The notes beneath the pieces are model-generated. The model worked only from the letters and a program-made list of their open reading frames with translations, searched no databases and was not told the DNA's origin. This document shows, in pieces, positions 1-8,345 of a stretch of DNA of 44,466 nucleotides. Each line of letters starts with the position of its first letter. Position 1 is the stretch's first letter. The position numbers and the translations under genes were made by a program. This DNA is from a virus (Duplodnaviria > Caudoviricetes): positions 1-44,466 of the IMG/VR virus record IMGVR_UViG_3300018073_000008. The stretch is one strand, 5' to 3'.

Positions 1-1058
1 CGCGCTTGAAGGCGCGTGTCTGCCATCAGTTCATTAAGTCGTTCTGCAATTCCGTCAGGTGAAGGGGGCAGTCCCCAAGTAACATCGGCTTGGGAAAGGG
101 GACTCCATCGGTGCTCCTGAACCCTTGTGCTAACGGCCGAAACGCAACCGTACAGCATGGCCTCAAGCATAACACAGGATGTCTGTCCGTCGAATCTTTG
201 CCCACCAATAGAACCGCTAAGATCCACGCTGATATTGTGCCTACGATAAATCCCAGGCAGCTCGGCAGGTAATTGTGCTCCCCAATATTGGTGATCAGGT
301 CGCCCACGGCCACGACGGCGACCAACATGGTCGAGGCCGATGCCATCTTTCCAACCCGCCCCCACTTTATTCCGCGCATTGTGGTACTCGATCCCGGCGT
401 TGTACATATCGACAGGGTGCTCTATCTGTGGCAGTGCCTTAATGAAAGGATAGATGCCTTTCCACTTCTTCCATTGCGGCATCCAGCAAATAGATCCAGT
501 CTTCTCTGGATGGTACAAAGCCGCTTGACTGACGTCCAACGGGGTGGGCAGAAACACGAAGTGTCCGGGCAGACGCGCCAGGGAGTCGTATTTGGATTGA
601 TAACATGTAAACATGTGTAGGCTCACCAAGTCCGATACTTGGCGATACCACGGGTAGTAGGTGTCCCACAGGTTGTCGTGGATCATCACCATAATCGGAA
701 GCCCCGCCTCCGCGGCCTCCTGATACAACATCATCCACGACATATCCCCGGTATTGCTCTTGATATCGTGCGGGCATGGCAACATGAACATGACAACATC
801 GTAGTCGCGCAAGAGCGTACGATATTGCCTCCTCGCCTCATCGCCACGGTACGGTAGTTGCTTAGCAGGTAAGCGGTAGTACCTGCTATTGACCATCGTA
901 GGGGCCGTCTGGCTTAGGCTGCGTACCCTGCCGGCCTTACTGGCCCAAAAGTAATCGAACGTGCACCCGATAGCTTCTAGACCATACTGCAATCCTTCGA
1001 CAATGCGGTTTATCCCACCGCGTTCGATGATTTCAAAGTCAATTACCAGGAATCTCAT
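1..1058 (-). CDS. GT-B fold glycosyltransferase, phage DNA alpha-glucosyltransferase-like (3' end beyond window edge)
   Basis: Not in ORF track. Manual translation from ATG at 1058 (ATGA overlap with stop at 1055) is open to base 1: MRFLVIDFEIIERGGINRIVEGL...PIMVMIHDN...WKKWKGIYPF...NAGIEY...VMLEAMLYGC. N-terminal GG loop, HD, WKG and LEAMxxG are GT-B/GT4-type motifs. Confidence 0.8.
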   Translation of the reverse strand, partial: MRFLVIDFEIIERGGINRIVEGLQYGLEAIGCTFDYFWASKAGRVRSLSQTAPTMVNSRYYRLPAKQLPYRGDEARRQYRTLLRDYDVVMFMLPCPHDIKSNTGDMSWMMLYQEAAEAGLPIMVMIHDNLWDTYYPWYRQVSDLVSLHMFTCYQSKYDSLARLPGHFVFLPTPLDVSQAALYHPEKTGSICWMPQWKKWKGIYPFIKALPQIEHPVDMYNAGIEYHNARNKVGAGWKDGIGLDHVGRRRGRGRPDHQYWGAQLPAELPGIYRRHNISVDLSGSIGGQRFDGQTSCVMLEAMLYGCVSAVSTRVQEHRWSPLSQADVTWGLPPSPDGIAERLNELMADTRLQA

Positions 1059-1597
1059 ACGGGTAGTTTATCACCTACCGTGTTCTGGCTCAACTGCGCC
1101 GTTAGGTCATCGTTATCCTGAACCTGATACAGCAGGTAGTCAGCAGCGGCATCAATGCTATCGAGTACCACCAGGCTCATTGCCCGCCATGCTGCATAAT
1201 CTCCAGCGCCGCCCGTGAGATCCACAGTGACAACAGGTTTACCCCAAGCATAAGCGGCCCCCACTTCATGAGCAGAATCAATGGATGGGTATGTCGGGTA
1301 GATGCAAGAAAGCACAAAGTCACAATCGTGGATAAGACGTAGGTTGCGAGGAATGTAAAAGCCAGCTCTGGCGGCACGATCCCCATCTCGAACAGAAACC
1401 GGGGGACGAGGATGTAGCCAAACCACGCGACCAAGCAGGTGATCAATGTCTTGACGAGGCCGACTATAATCCGCTGGAACTTTGATGGTGGACCACTTGG
1501 CTGCGATAGTTTCACGGATGATATCTTTGTATTTGGTTTCTAGTTCATCGCGCCAACCTACTTGCATAGTGCCCGATGTATACGGTCTGATGATCAC
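1055..1597 (-). CDS. nucleoside 2-deoxyribosyltransferase / nucleotide N-glycosidase family protein
   Basis: PYTSGTM start, DCDFVL, SAHEVGAAYAWGKPV with the family's catalytic Glu. Confidence 0.75.
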   Translation of the reverse strand: MIIRPYTSGTMQVGWRDELETKYKDIIRETIAAKWSTIKVPADYSRPRQDIDHLLGRVVWLHPRPPVSVRDGDRAARAGFYIPRNLRLIHDCDFVLSCIYPTYPSIDSAHEVGAAYAWGKPVVTVDLTGGAGDYAAWRAMSLVVLDSIDAAADYLLYQVQDNDDLTAQLSQNTVGDKLPV

Positions 1598-2019
1598 TAG
1601 TCACTCCCGTTTTTTCTCTCATCGTCATCATCATCAAAGTTGAGTTCGAACCAGGACAGTATCATAAGGCTGCGCACCAGTATGTCGTACAGAGTACCCC
1701 TGAGTTTGTCTACGTCCCAGGTAAGGATGGCCCCACTGTCGCCAGCAGACTGCAAGCGATACAGCTTATCCTTGAGATCTACCAGGGACGTAACTGGTCC
1801 GTCTTTCTGCCATGCATCGCCGTACTGCTGGTTCTTCTGCTGTACCAGCGCATCGTACTTTACCAGTGCTGAAGCAAAGTCGAGGTTGAGCTCACCTAGC
1901 CATAACTGTGTCTCGTATGCCTCTTCCTCCGGGTTTAGCCCTAGTACATGCTCTGCGAACTGGTCAAGCAGCCAACCCTGTTTGATCTCAACACGAATCA
2001 TATCTTCTGGTGTTGCCAC
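1597..2019 (-). CDS. DUF1599 / nucleotide-modification-associated domain protein
   Basis: KNQQYGDAW...LKDKLYRL...TLYDI pattern; acidic tail; coupled to the NDT-like gene. Confidence 0.65.
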   Translation of the reverse strand: MATPEDMIRVEIKQGWLLDQFAEHVLGLNPEEEAYETQLWLGELNLDFASALVKYDALVQQKNQQYGDAWQKDGPVTSLVDLKDKLYRLQSAGDSGAILTWDVDKLRGTLYDILVRSLMILSWFELNFDDDDDERKNGSD

Positions 2020-2035
2020 GTATCACTCCACACAA

Positions 2036-2065
2036 AGCAATGGGGGTGGTTTCCCACCCCCACGC
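2036..2065 (-). terminator. stem-loop, probable weak terminator after the DUF932-like gene
   Basis: Minus strand TGGGGGTGG-GAAA-CCACCCCCA (9 bp stem, GNRA loop) followed by TTGCTTTG. Confidence 0.5.
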
Positions 2066-2088
2066 TTCCTCCGACCAAGGAGTTCCGC

Positions 2089-3198
2089 TTACGCCTCCTG
2101 CAAAGCCGCCACGCGCCGCCGCTCACGCTTGGGCATAACGCGATGGCAGGTTTCGCAGATGCTGTGGTGCTGAACGATGTTGCCGCCAACCCGCATCAGC
2201 CGCCGTACCAGGGAGGGATCCTCCAAGACCCTGCTGTAGTTGGAGGCCACGTAGGTCACGTGGTTAGCCAACTGATACAGGTTCTCCACAGGATGGTTGA
2301 CCAGCCTGTTGCGGATCATGTCCCGTACAACGGGCGGGATGCCAAAGTCTTGCAGCATGGCCGCAAGCTCTTCGTCGGTATGCTGCCCGACCGCCACATC
2401 CTTCAGCGCCTTGAATCGATCAACCTCCGTCTCAACTTTGTTGAGGATGGTGGGCACGTTAGTGGTGATCCACTCTTTGTCGTCCGACTCATCTGCCCGC
2501 TTGGTGAAATGCATGACATTCTGGGTACTGGTCATGCCATTGGTGCACAGCAGGCGCTCCCAGTATCCCGAGAGGTCTAGACCGAGTCCGGTACCACCTG
2601 GGGCACTGTACCCGTATGGGCTAATGTACAACTGCACGCCGCTCGCTACGACGTCGTTGACCTTAGCTCCCTGGGCACCACCTTCGAGACGCTGGTAGTC
2701 GCGGCCACCCATGCTAATCTCTTTATCAGTGACCAATGAGATATACTGGCGGTCCTGAGTACCCCAGACTTTGTAGCCCTTGACATGCCGACGGCCACCC
2801 ATTGCCCGCTCTGCCGTGCGCATGTAGTCTACGGGGTCACGCACTTCGACCCTGCCATCGATGATGGCCTGGATCTCACCATCACGGGTTAGCGCCTTTA
2901 GATTGCCCTGGCGCTCTCGGAATGCGTGATCCAACAGACCTACAACGTGCTCCTGCGCTGGTGTACCCATGAACTTGAGCATGCTGTTCGTCTGCAAGCC
3001 GCTAACTCGGAACAGCGTGTCCCATGCCCCTGGCCCAAGAGGCAACACGTCGTCCTTGTTACCGAACCGATACTGAACTTTGCCGTTTGTGCCCGTCTGC
3101 AATCCATAGCTGTCGTCTGGGGCAAACTGGCGTTCCTCAAGCCCACTGAAGGGTAGGAGCGTCTGCAGCGCCGTTTCACGATCAACCATTTGCGTCAT
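2089..3198 (-). CDS. DUF932-family protein
   Basis: ERLLCTNGM signature; C-terminal HHSICETCH possible metal site. Confidence 0.65.
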   Translation of the reverse strand: MTQMVDRETALQTLLPFSGLEERQFAPDDSYGLQTGTNGKVQYRFGNKDDVLPLGPGAWDTLFRVSGLQTNSMLKFMGTPAQEHVVGLLDHAFRERQGNLKALTRDGEIQAIIDGRVEVRDPVDYMRTAERAMGGRRHVKGYKVWGTQDRQYISLVTDKEISMGGRDYQRLEGGAQGAKVNDVVASGVQLYISPYGYSAPGGTGLGLDLSGYWERLLCTNGMTSTQNVMHFTKRADESDDKEWITTNVPTILNKVETEVDRFKALKDVAVGQHTDEELAAMLQDFGIPPVVRDMIRNRLVNHPVENLYQLANHVTYVASNYSRVLEDPSLVRRLMRVGGNIVQHHSICETCHRVMPKRERRRVAALQEA

Positions 3199-3202
3199 TG
3201 TG

Positions 3203-3427
3203 TTATGCCACTGCTTTCTTCTGTTTGACTTCGGGGCGTAGTTTGGTGATCTTAACCACCTTCGTCCCGCACTTGGTGTGATTACCTTCGATCATGCCAC
3301 GGTTGTTGGGTGTTACGCGGTACCTCCCTCGCAGGTTCTTGACCTTGACGCGGCACTTCATGCAATACCCATCGTATAGCTCTTGGCCTTCTTCGAGGAC
3401 TGCCATTAGTTTCTCCCTGGGCTGCAT
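3203..3427 (-). CDS. DUF5679-like small zinc-ribbon protein
   Basis: YCMKCR...NNRGMIEGNHTKCGTKVVKI. Confidence 0.6.
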   Translation of the reverse strand: MQPREKLMAVLEEGQELYDGYCMKCRVKVKNLRGRYRVTPNNRGMIEGNHTKCGTKVVKITKLRPEVKQKKAVA

Positions 3428-3441
3428 GGGCCGACCTGTAC

Positions 3442-3471
3442 ATTATGGCACACCGGACGGTCCCCATGCAA
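3442..3471 (-). promoter_or_regulatory. sigma70-type promoter
   Basis: TTGCAT-N18-CATAAT with TG extension, just upstream of ATG at 3427. Confidence 0.55.
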
Positions 3472-3513
3472 ACCCCTATAGATTACCTAGTCTGCTCTAA
3501 CCGATCGAAAAAA

Positions 3514-4509
3514 TCAGCGTCGACTGCCGAGTGGACGCTTGGTTGTTGTGGTCGTTGGACGAGAGGTGGTTTTCGTAGTCTTCCGTCGTGGCGCTTCGTC
3601 CTCTTCGTCCTCATCCTCCTCATCGTCTTCATCAGTATCTTCGTCCTCGTCCTCCTCTACGGCTGCGGCTTTGCTGGAGCGTCCGGCGGCAGCTTTGGTG
3701 CGGACTGGGCGCTCGTCTTCATCTTCGTCTTCTTCATCTTCCGATTCATCTTCTTCGCCCGATTCGTCTTCCTCATCCTCATCCTCGTCGGCCACAGGAC
3801 GACGCTTGGTTGTTGTTTTGCCCTTGACTACCTTGCGAGGCGCTTCCTCTTCGTCCTCGTCCTCCTCGGTATCCTCAACATCTTCCACGTCCTCTTCATC
3901 ATCGTCATCGATGGCGGACGTATGTGCTTTCAGCTTGCGGCTGCCGTAATACGCCTGGGCCTGCTGGTCCAGATACGCATTGATATCGATCTGCTTGGGG
4001 CGTTGGGTAAACGCTTCCTTCTCTTCGGCCTCGATATGGTACTTGGTATCAGTACCTTCACCCGTCCGAGTAATGCTGTAGTCGCGATCCATGATAGTTC
4101 CGCGACGCTCGAACTTGATGATGAGGTTCTCGACCATTGCACCAGTCAGCTTGAGAAGCCGGACCTGCTTGCTATCCCGGTCCCAGACATTGACATACCA
4201 GCGTTTACCTGGCCTGAAGTCGGCATCCAGCGTGCAGTCTTCGATGCACGGGACATACCCACCGTTGTTGCCGCCACCACCCTGAATGTAGTGTTCGCCA
4301 TACTCCACCCACGGATTGCGGCGGTCGAACGGCTCGTGCAGAAAGCGAACGGTACGGGCTTCGCCTTCCTTGAATGTCAAACGCACATTTGGCGTCTGCT
4401 TGGCGGAGTCCTGCATGCTCCTGGCATCTGCGTGCGTTACGGTTCGCACCTTGATGCTCTTTGGCGCATCGTCCCCATTGCGTGAAAATGCACTGCTCTT
4501 AGTTGCCAT
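3514..4509 (-). CDS. single-stranded DNA-binding protein, gp32-like, with long acidic/basic tail
   Basis: ARTVRFL...EHY...WYVNVWDR...RDYSITRTGEGTDTKY core; D/E-rich C-terminus; RBS GAGGAG before ATG at 4509; next to primase and helicase. Confidence 0.7.
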   Translation of the reverse strand: MATKSSAFSRNGDDAPKSIKVRTVTHADARSMQDSAKQTPNVRLTFKEGEARTVRFLHEPFDRRNPWVEYGEHYIQGGGGNNGGYVPCIEDCTLDADFRPGKRWYVNVWDRDSKQVRLLKLTGAMVENLIIKFERRGTIMDRDYSITRTGEGTDTKYHIEAEEKEAFTQRPKQIDINAYLDQQAQAYYGSRKLKAHTSAIDDDDEEDVEDVEDTEEDEDEEEAPRKVVKGKTTTKRRPVADEDEDEEDESGEEDESEDEEDEDEDERPVRTKAAAGRSSKAAAVEEDEDEDTDEDDEEDEDEEDEAPRRKTTKTTSRPTTTTTKRPLGSRR

Positions 4510-4548
4510 ATATCTCCTCACTTAGGCCAGTCCTGGCCCTACCACCAA

Positions 4549-4577
4549 AGTGTACTTGTCCCAGCTTTGCGGAGCAA
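4549..4577 (-). promoter_or_regulatory. sigma70-type promoter for SSB gene
   Basis: TTGCTC-N17-TACACT. Confidence 0.6.
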
Positions 4578-4587
4578 GCTGCCACGT

Positions 4588-4830
4588 TCAGCTCTTATTC
4601 TGGGTGGCTCCTCCGTTACCTGTACCTGAACCAATACCAGCGACCTTGTGACGTACCGTCTGGACCTGTCTCTTCAAGACTACGTTGGTGTACCGTCTAG
4701 AGCGCATCTCTATAGCCGAAGTACGACGTTGTTTCGCCGCCACTACTATAGGATCTTTCTCTTCAGCAGCAGTACCCCACAAGACCCACATCACAGCTAT
4801 CACACCCAGGATAACCATGACTACTTCCAT
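4588..4830 (-). CDS. small membrane protein
   Basis: N-terminal hydrophobic helix; overlaps primase stop. Confidence 0.55.
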   Translation of the reverse strand: MEVVMVILGVIAVMWVLWGTAAEEKDPIVVAAKQRRTSAIEMRSRRYTNVVLKRQVQTVRHKVAGIGSGTGNGGATQNKS

Positions 4831-5795
4831 GGGTCGTAGTCCGGTTCCACTAACGTAGTCCAGTGAATACGGTCACGCAGCAGCCTGCGCATTGCTGGCT
4901 CAGTGAGCTCATTGGGATCTTTCTTCCCAATGCTACGCCATTGTACAACAAATACACGCGGAATGCACTCTGCTAATTGCTGGCACATTTTCAGTTGTGC
5001 CACTTGACCAGCGGCGTCGTTGTCGCTGAACACAGTTACCTCATCGAACCTTTCGGCTAGTAAAGCTAGCTGTTCGCGCGTTAGCCCGGTACCTAGCGTT
5101 GCTACTATGTTATCCAACCCATATTCGTATGCGCGGAGTGCATCTTTGGCACCTTCGACAATAATGCAAGAATCTCGGCGGGCAGGTATGTACGGCATTC
5201 CGTACAGGACATGGCGGCGATCAAAGTCTTTAGAGTAGAGATATCTTGGGTGTTGCCACGCATTGACGGCACGGCGGATAATACCGACCCACTTTCCATC
5301 TGCTCTAACTGGGATAACCGATCGCTTAGAGCTTCCGTCGTAGCCAAGGCGAAATCGGTCGACAGTTTCCCTAGAGAACCTACCGTATGGTAATCCATTG
5401 AACCACCACCATGATTTACCCTTCTGGTACCGCGATATATCGATTGCTTTGAATTTGTGTCGTGGAGGGTTAAGGATTGTGTCAAGCTGGGCCAACCCAC
5501 GGTTACGCATGCTTACTATATCTAATGGGCTGCCGTACTCGCTGACAACGTCTATGGCATCACGGTAAGTGGTGCCCTGCGTTAGCATTACCAGACGGGG
5601 CAGGTTACCCCGTTCTCCACAGACCCAACAATGCCAGAGACCAGTTACGGTATTGATCTCCAGGTTGGGTGCGCCCGTTTCGCCGTGGAAGATGCACAGC
5701 GCCACGAACTCCTGCTGTATAACTTCGCCTTCTATCTTGAGTCTATCAAGTACCTGTGGTACATTGATCTCAAGGTCGTCAATATCATGGAACAC
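4821..5795 (-). CDS. dnaG: DNA primase (CHC2 zinc finger + TOPRIM)
   Basis: CIFH...WHCWVC; IIVEGAKDAL; FSDNDAAG; KDPNE. Confidence 0.92.
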   Translation of the reverse strand: MFHDIDDLEINVPQVLDRLKIEGEVIQQEFVALCIFHGETGAPNLEINTVTGLWHCWVCGERGNLPRLVMLTQGTTYRDAIDVVSEYGSPLDIVSMRNRGLAQLDTILNPPRHKFKAIDISRYQKGKSWWWFNGLPYGRFSRETVDRFRLGYDGSSKRSVIPVRADGKWVGIIRRAVNAWQHPRYLYSKDFDRRHVLYGMPYIPARRDSCIIVEGAKDALRAYEYGLDNIVATLGTGLTREQLALLAERFDEVTVFSDNDAAGQVAQLKMCQQLAECIPRVFVVQWRSIGKKDPNELTEPAMRRLLRDRIHWTTLVEPDYDPWK

Positions 5796-6009
5796 GGGTA
5801 TTTGGTCTTGACTGTGGGGTAGACTGATAGTTTACAGGGGGAGTAGGTCTGTTTCCCGCAGCCATCACAGTCAGGTATGCAGCCAAACAGAACACCGCTA
5901 CGATAAGCACACCTACAACTAGCTCGCGCCAGTTAATCTTCGGACTCTTCGGTGTTGCGTCCCCGGCGTGCCCTGGTACCCTCGAGCTCTTGGATGACTC
6001 CATTGTCAA
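5785..6009 (-). CDS. small membrane protein (start uncertain)
   Basis: One TM helix (LVVGVLIVAVFCLAAYLTVMAA); fills gap between helicase and primase. Confidence 0.45.
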   Translation of the reverse strand: MTMESSKSSRVPGHAGDATPKSPKINWRELVVGVLIVAVFCLAAYLTVMAAGNRPTPPVNYQSTPQSRPNTRVP

Positions 6010-7240
6010 TGTCCAGTTCGAACTTGATTGTATCTCCTGTACGACCCCGCCTGTTCTTCTTCACAACCATCTTCAGGTCGCCCGCCCTGTATCGAAGGGA
6101 CAACACCTGGTCGCTATCTGCGCCCAGAGCATCCGTCAATGAGATATGGTCTAGCTCTGGCGCATCTTGTGCATCTACGCCCTTGCGGTTCGCTTGTGCA
6201 TTTAGCACAAACGGGATGTCAAATTGGCGGGCGATATTGTGCTTCGCCATACGGCTTGTCTGGACTGCCTGAATCCAGTTGTCTCCGCCCCGCACCACGT
6301 CGTTGCCCACACCCAACCCGAAGTAATCGAAGAACGCAATGTCCGGCCTGTGCTGCTCGCACTTAGCTACCATCGTAGCCATCGAGAACCCACCCTGCGC
6401 ATTGGGGGTGATAAAGCCAGACTTCAGGTGTTTCTTGGCTCTGATGAGAAACCGCCTGTACTTGGGCAGGTCTACGGCACCCATCATCATACCCATGTTG
6501 CTGAAGCGGTCCTTGAACTCGTCTTGCATACTGGACGCCAGCATGTTGTTCATCAAGGTCTGCACCCGCATACCAATCTGGGCTGGCGACATCTCCAGGC
6601 TGGCATACAAAACCTTTGCACCTTCGATAGATGCTTTGGTTGCGAAGAACAGAGACATCCACGTTTTGAACTCGCCCTGGCGGGCCACGATGGTAATCAA
6701 GTCTGGGGCCTGCATCCCACCCGTGAATTTATCCAGGGTTGGTATACCAAACGGGTACCCAATGGAATGCCCCGATTCAATCTGATCGTGGGCACGCTTC
6801 ACGTGGTTGTACGTGTGCTGCCAGTTATTGACCAGATCGACATCCTCGCCCTTGGCGTATAACTGAAGAATTTGTCGGATATCGCCTTCGAGTTCGGTCG
6901 CAAGCTGCGTTGGCTCGACACGGCCCAGACGTCGCATGGCACGCTCGAACATCTTTCCCAAGTCATACTCTGCCTTGGTGCGCTGCGCCTGTTGCACCAG
7001 CAACGGCATCTCTTCCGGGTCTGTGGTATAGACTCTGAAATTAGGAAAGCGCGCTTTGAATGTTTCTTTGCTTGCTGTCCTATGTTCCTGAAGCCATAGC
7101 CACTCAGCCTTTCGCCGCATAAACACGGTATCGGTTGCACCATGTCTAGATGCAGTGCCTACGCCATGTCCAGGCCCGCGACTGTGTCGCACAATCGCAC
7201 TAATAAGCAAGTCCTCGTTTGTCGCCACTACGTACCCCAC
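5933..7240 (-). CDS. dnaB: replicative DNA helicase, DnaB-like (SF4)
   Basis: GIPTLDKFTGG, ARQGEFKT (Walker A variant), SLEM, FFDY, AQANR, KNRRG. Confidence 0.9.
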   Translation of the reverse strand: MGYVVATNEDLLISAIVRHSRGPGHGVGTASRHGATDTVFMRRKAEWLWLQEHRTASKETFKARFPNFRVYTTDPEEMPLLVQQAQRTKAEYDLGKMFERAMRRLGRVEPTQLATELEGDIRQILQLYAKGEDVDLVNNWQHTYNHVKRAHDQIESGHSIGYPFGIPTLDKFTGGMQAPDLITIVARQGEFKTWMSLFFATKASIEGAKVLYASLEMSPAQIGMRVQTLMNNMLASSMQDEFKDRFSNMGMMMGAVDLPKYRRFLIRAKKHLKSGFITPNAQGGFSMATMVAKCEQHRPDIAFFDYFGLGVGNDVVRGGDNWIQAVQTSRMAKHNIARQFDIPFVLNAQANRKGVDAQDAPELDHISLTDALGADSDQVLSLRYRAGDLKMVVKKNRRGRTGDTIKFELDIDNGVIQELEGTRARRGRNTEESED

Positions 7241-7246
7241 ATTAGG

Positions 7247-7276
7247 TCTTTTTGCTGCACCCCACAGTATACCAGT
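7247..7276 (-). promoter_or_regulatory. extended -10 promoter/leader, copy 1 of a duplicated 30-bp element
   Basis: Minus strand ACTGGTATACTGTGGGGTGCAGCAAAAAGA; TGnTATACT; 26/30 identical to 8220-8249. Confidence 0.6.
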
Positions 7277-7298
7277 CCCAAACCTGGGATGCCAGCCA

Positions 7299-8198
7299 CT
7301 AGCGACGGACTTCCGAGTACAATTCCCAATTATCTTTCATATTCTGAAACATGACCTTATGCAGTCTCTCTTGTCGTTGTTTTTCCATCCGAGCTTGATG
7401 CTCTGGAGTACGCGATACATCCCACAGATGCTGCATGTACACTCGGTTCATCTCCCGAGAACGCTCGAGCATCTTTTGCTTGCACCAAGGAAAGACCCAA
7501 TCGTCATGGTAATCATCCCACAGATCCTCATCATCTTCCCAATGTTGCCGCACCTGTTCATAAAGGGTACTGTGGTAGAGCGAATTGAGACCCTGAGGTT
7601 TGAAGCGTATGATACTGAAAGCAATCTGCAGGTATCGCTTTACAGACTTAGAACTGCCAAGACGCTTCATCAACGATCTGGCTGTGCCACAGCAGATAGA
7701 CCAGTCTACCTCTGGCATTTCGCCAAATCTTGTATGGTACAGCCAACGATAATAACAAACGATGTCTGTGGGTCCCCACTTACTCACCTGGTCCCATTTC
7801 TCACGAAACTTTTTCATGGGGCCGTCACGGTTTACCCGCCGTGACTGAGGAAGAGGTAGAGAACCTTCATCATTCGCTACACGTATACGCGCACTCCCAA
7901 ACACGCCCTCGCGCTTGCTCGTTTTATTACCCCTACCTAAAGGTAGGGGGAGGGGGTTATTATGGCTAGAAAGATTGTCCCTAGGAGACAAGACTTTGTA
8001 TTTCGTTGGTCGGTGCCCGGCCCCTTTAAGAAGCTCTGCCAGGTAACCCATGCTGACCATATTGCTCAGTATCTTCTGGGCATACGGCTGTGACCATCCG
8101 AAAACCTCTGCTATCCGGCTGTTACTGCACCGGATAACTCCAGACTGGCTGCTGTTTTCCTTCAGCCATACCAGCACGAGACGTTGGTTCTTAGTCAT
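7299..8198 (-). CDS. N-terminal winged-HTH protein, putative replication initiator
   Basis: SNSRIAEVFGWSQPYAQKILSNMVSMGYL...PTKYKV wHTH; directly upstream of DnaB/DnaG. Confidence 0.55.
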   Translation of the reverse strand: MTKNQRLVLVWLKENSSQSGVIRCSNSRIAEVFGWSQPYAQKILSNMVSMGYLAELLKGAGHRPTKYKVLSPRDNLSSHNNPLPLPLGRGNKTSKREGVFGSARIRVANDEGSLPLPQSRRVNRDGPMKKFREKWDQVSKWGPTDIVCYYRWLYHTRFGEMPEVDWSICCGTARSLMKRLGSSKSVKRYLQIAFSIIRFKPQGLNSLYHSTLYEQVRQHWEDDEDLWDDYHDDWVFPWCKQKMLERSREMNRVYMQHLWDVSRTPEHQARMEKQRQERLHKVMFQNMKDNWELYSEVRR

Positions 8199-8219
8199 AG
8201 ACCAGAGACCCGCTTACCC

Positions 8220-8249
8220 TCTTTTTGCACAACCCCACAGTATAGCAGT
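8220..8249 (-). promoter_or_regulatory. extended -10 promoter/leader, copy 2 of the duplicated element
   Basis: Minus strand ACTGCTATACTGTGGGGTTGTGCAAAAAGA upstream of ATG at 8198. Confidence 0.6.
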
Positions 8250-8303
8250 TACGACGTTCCTAGCCATATCAAAACAAAGTAGATTAGACGTCTAAGTTAT
8301 AGA

Positions 8304-8332
8304 TTGCTACGGGACATTTGGTTTGCTACAAT
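8304..8332 (+). promoter_or_regulatory. sigma70-type promoter for SF2 helicase operon
   Basis: TTGCTA-N17-TACAAT with TG extension. Confidence 0.7.
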
Positions 8333-8345
8333 AAAAGGTACACCA

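Noticed and set aside
26-1218. Several short track ORFs at the left end
   Set aside because: All overlap the continuous glycosyltransferase frame.
3445-4485. Long plus-strand ORFs (346 aa; 136 aa poly-Ser)
   Set aside because: Antisense shadows of the low-complexity SSB gene.
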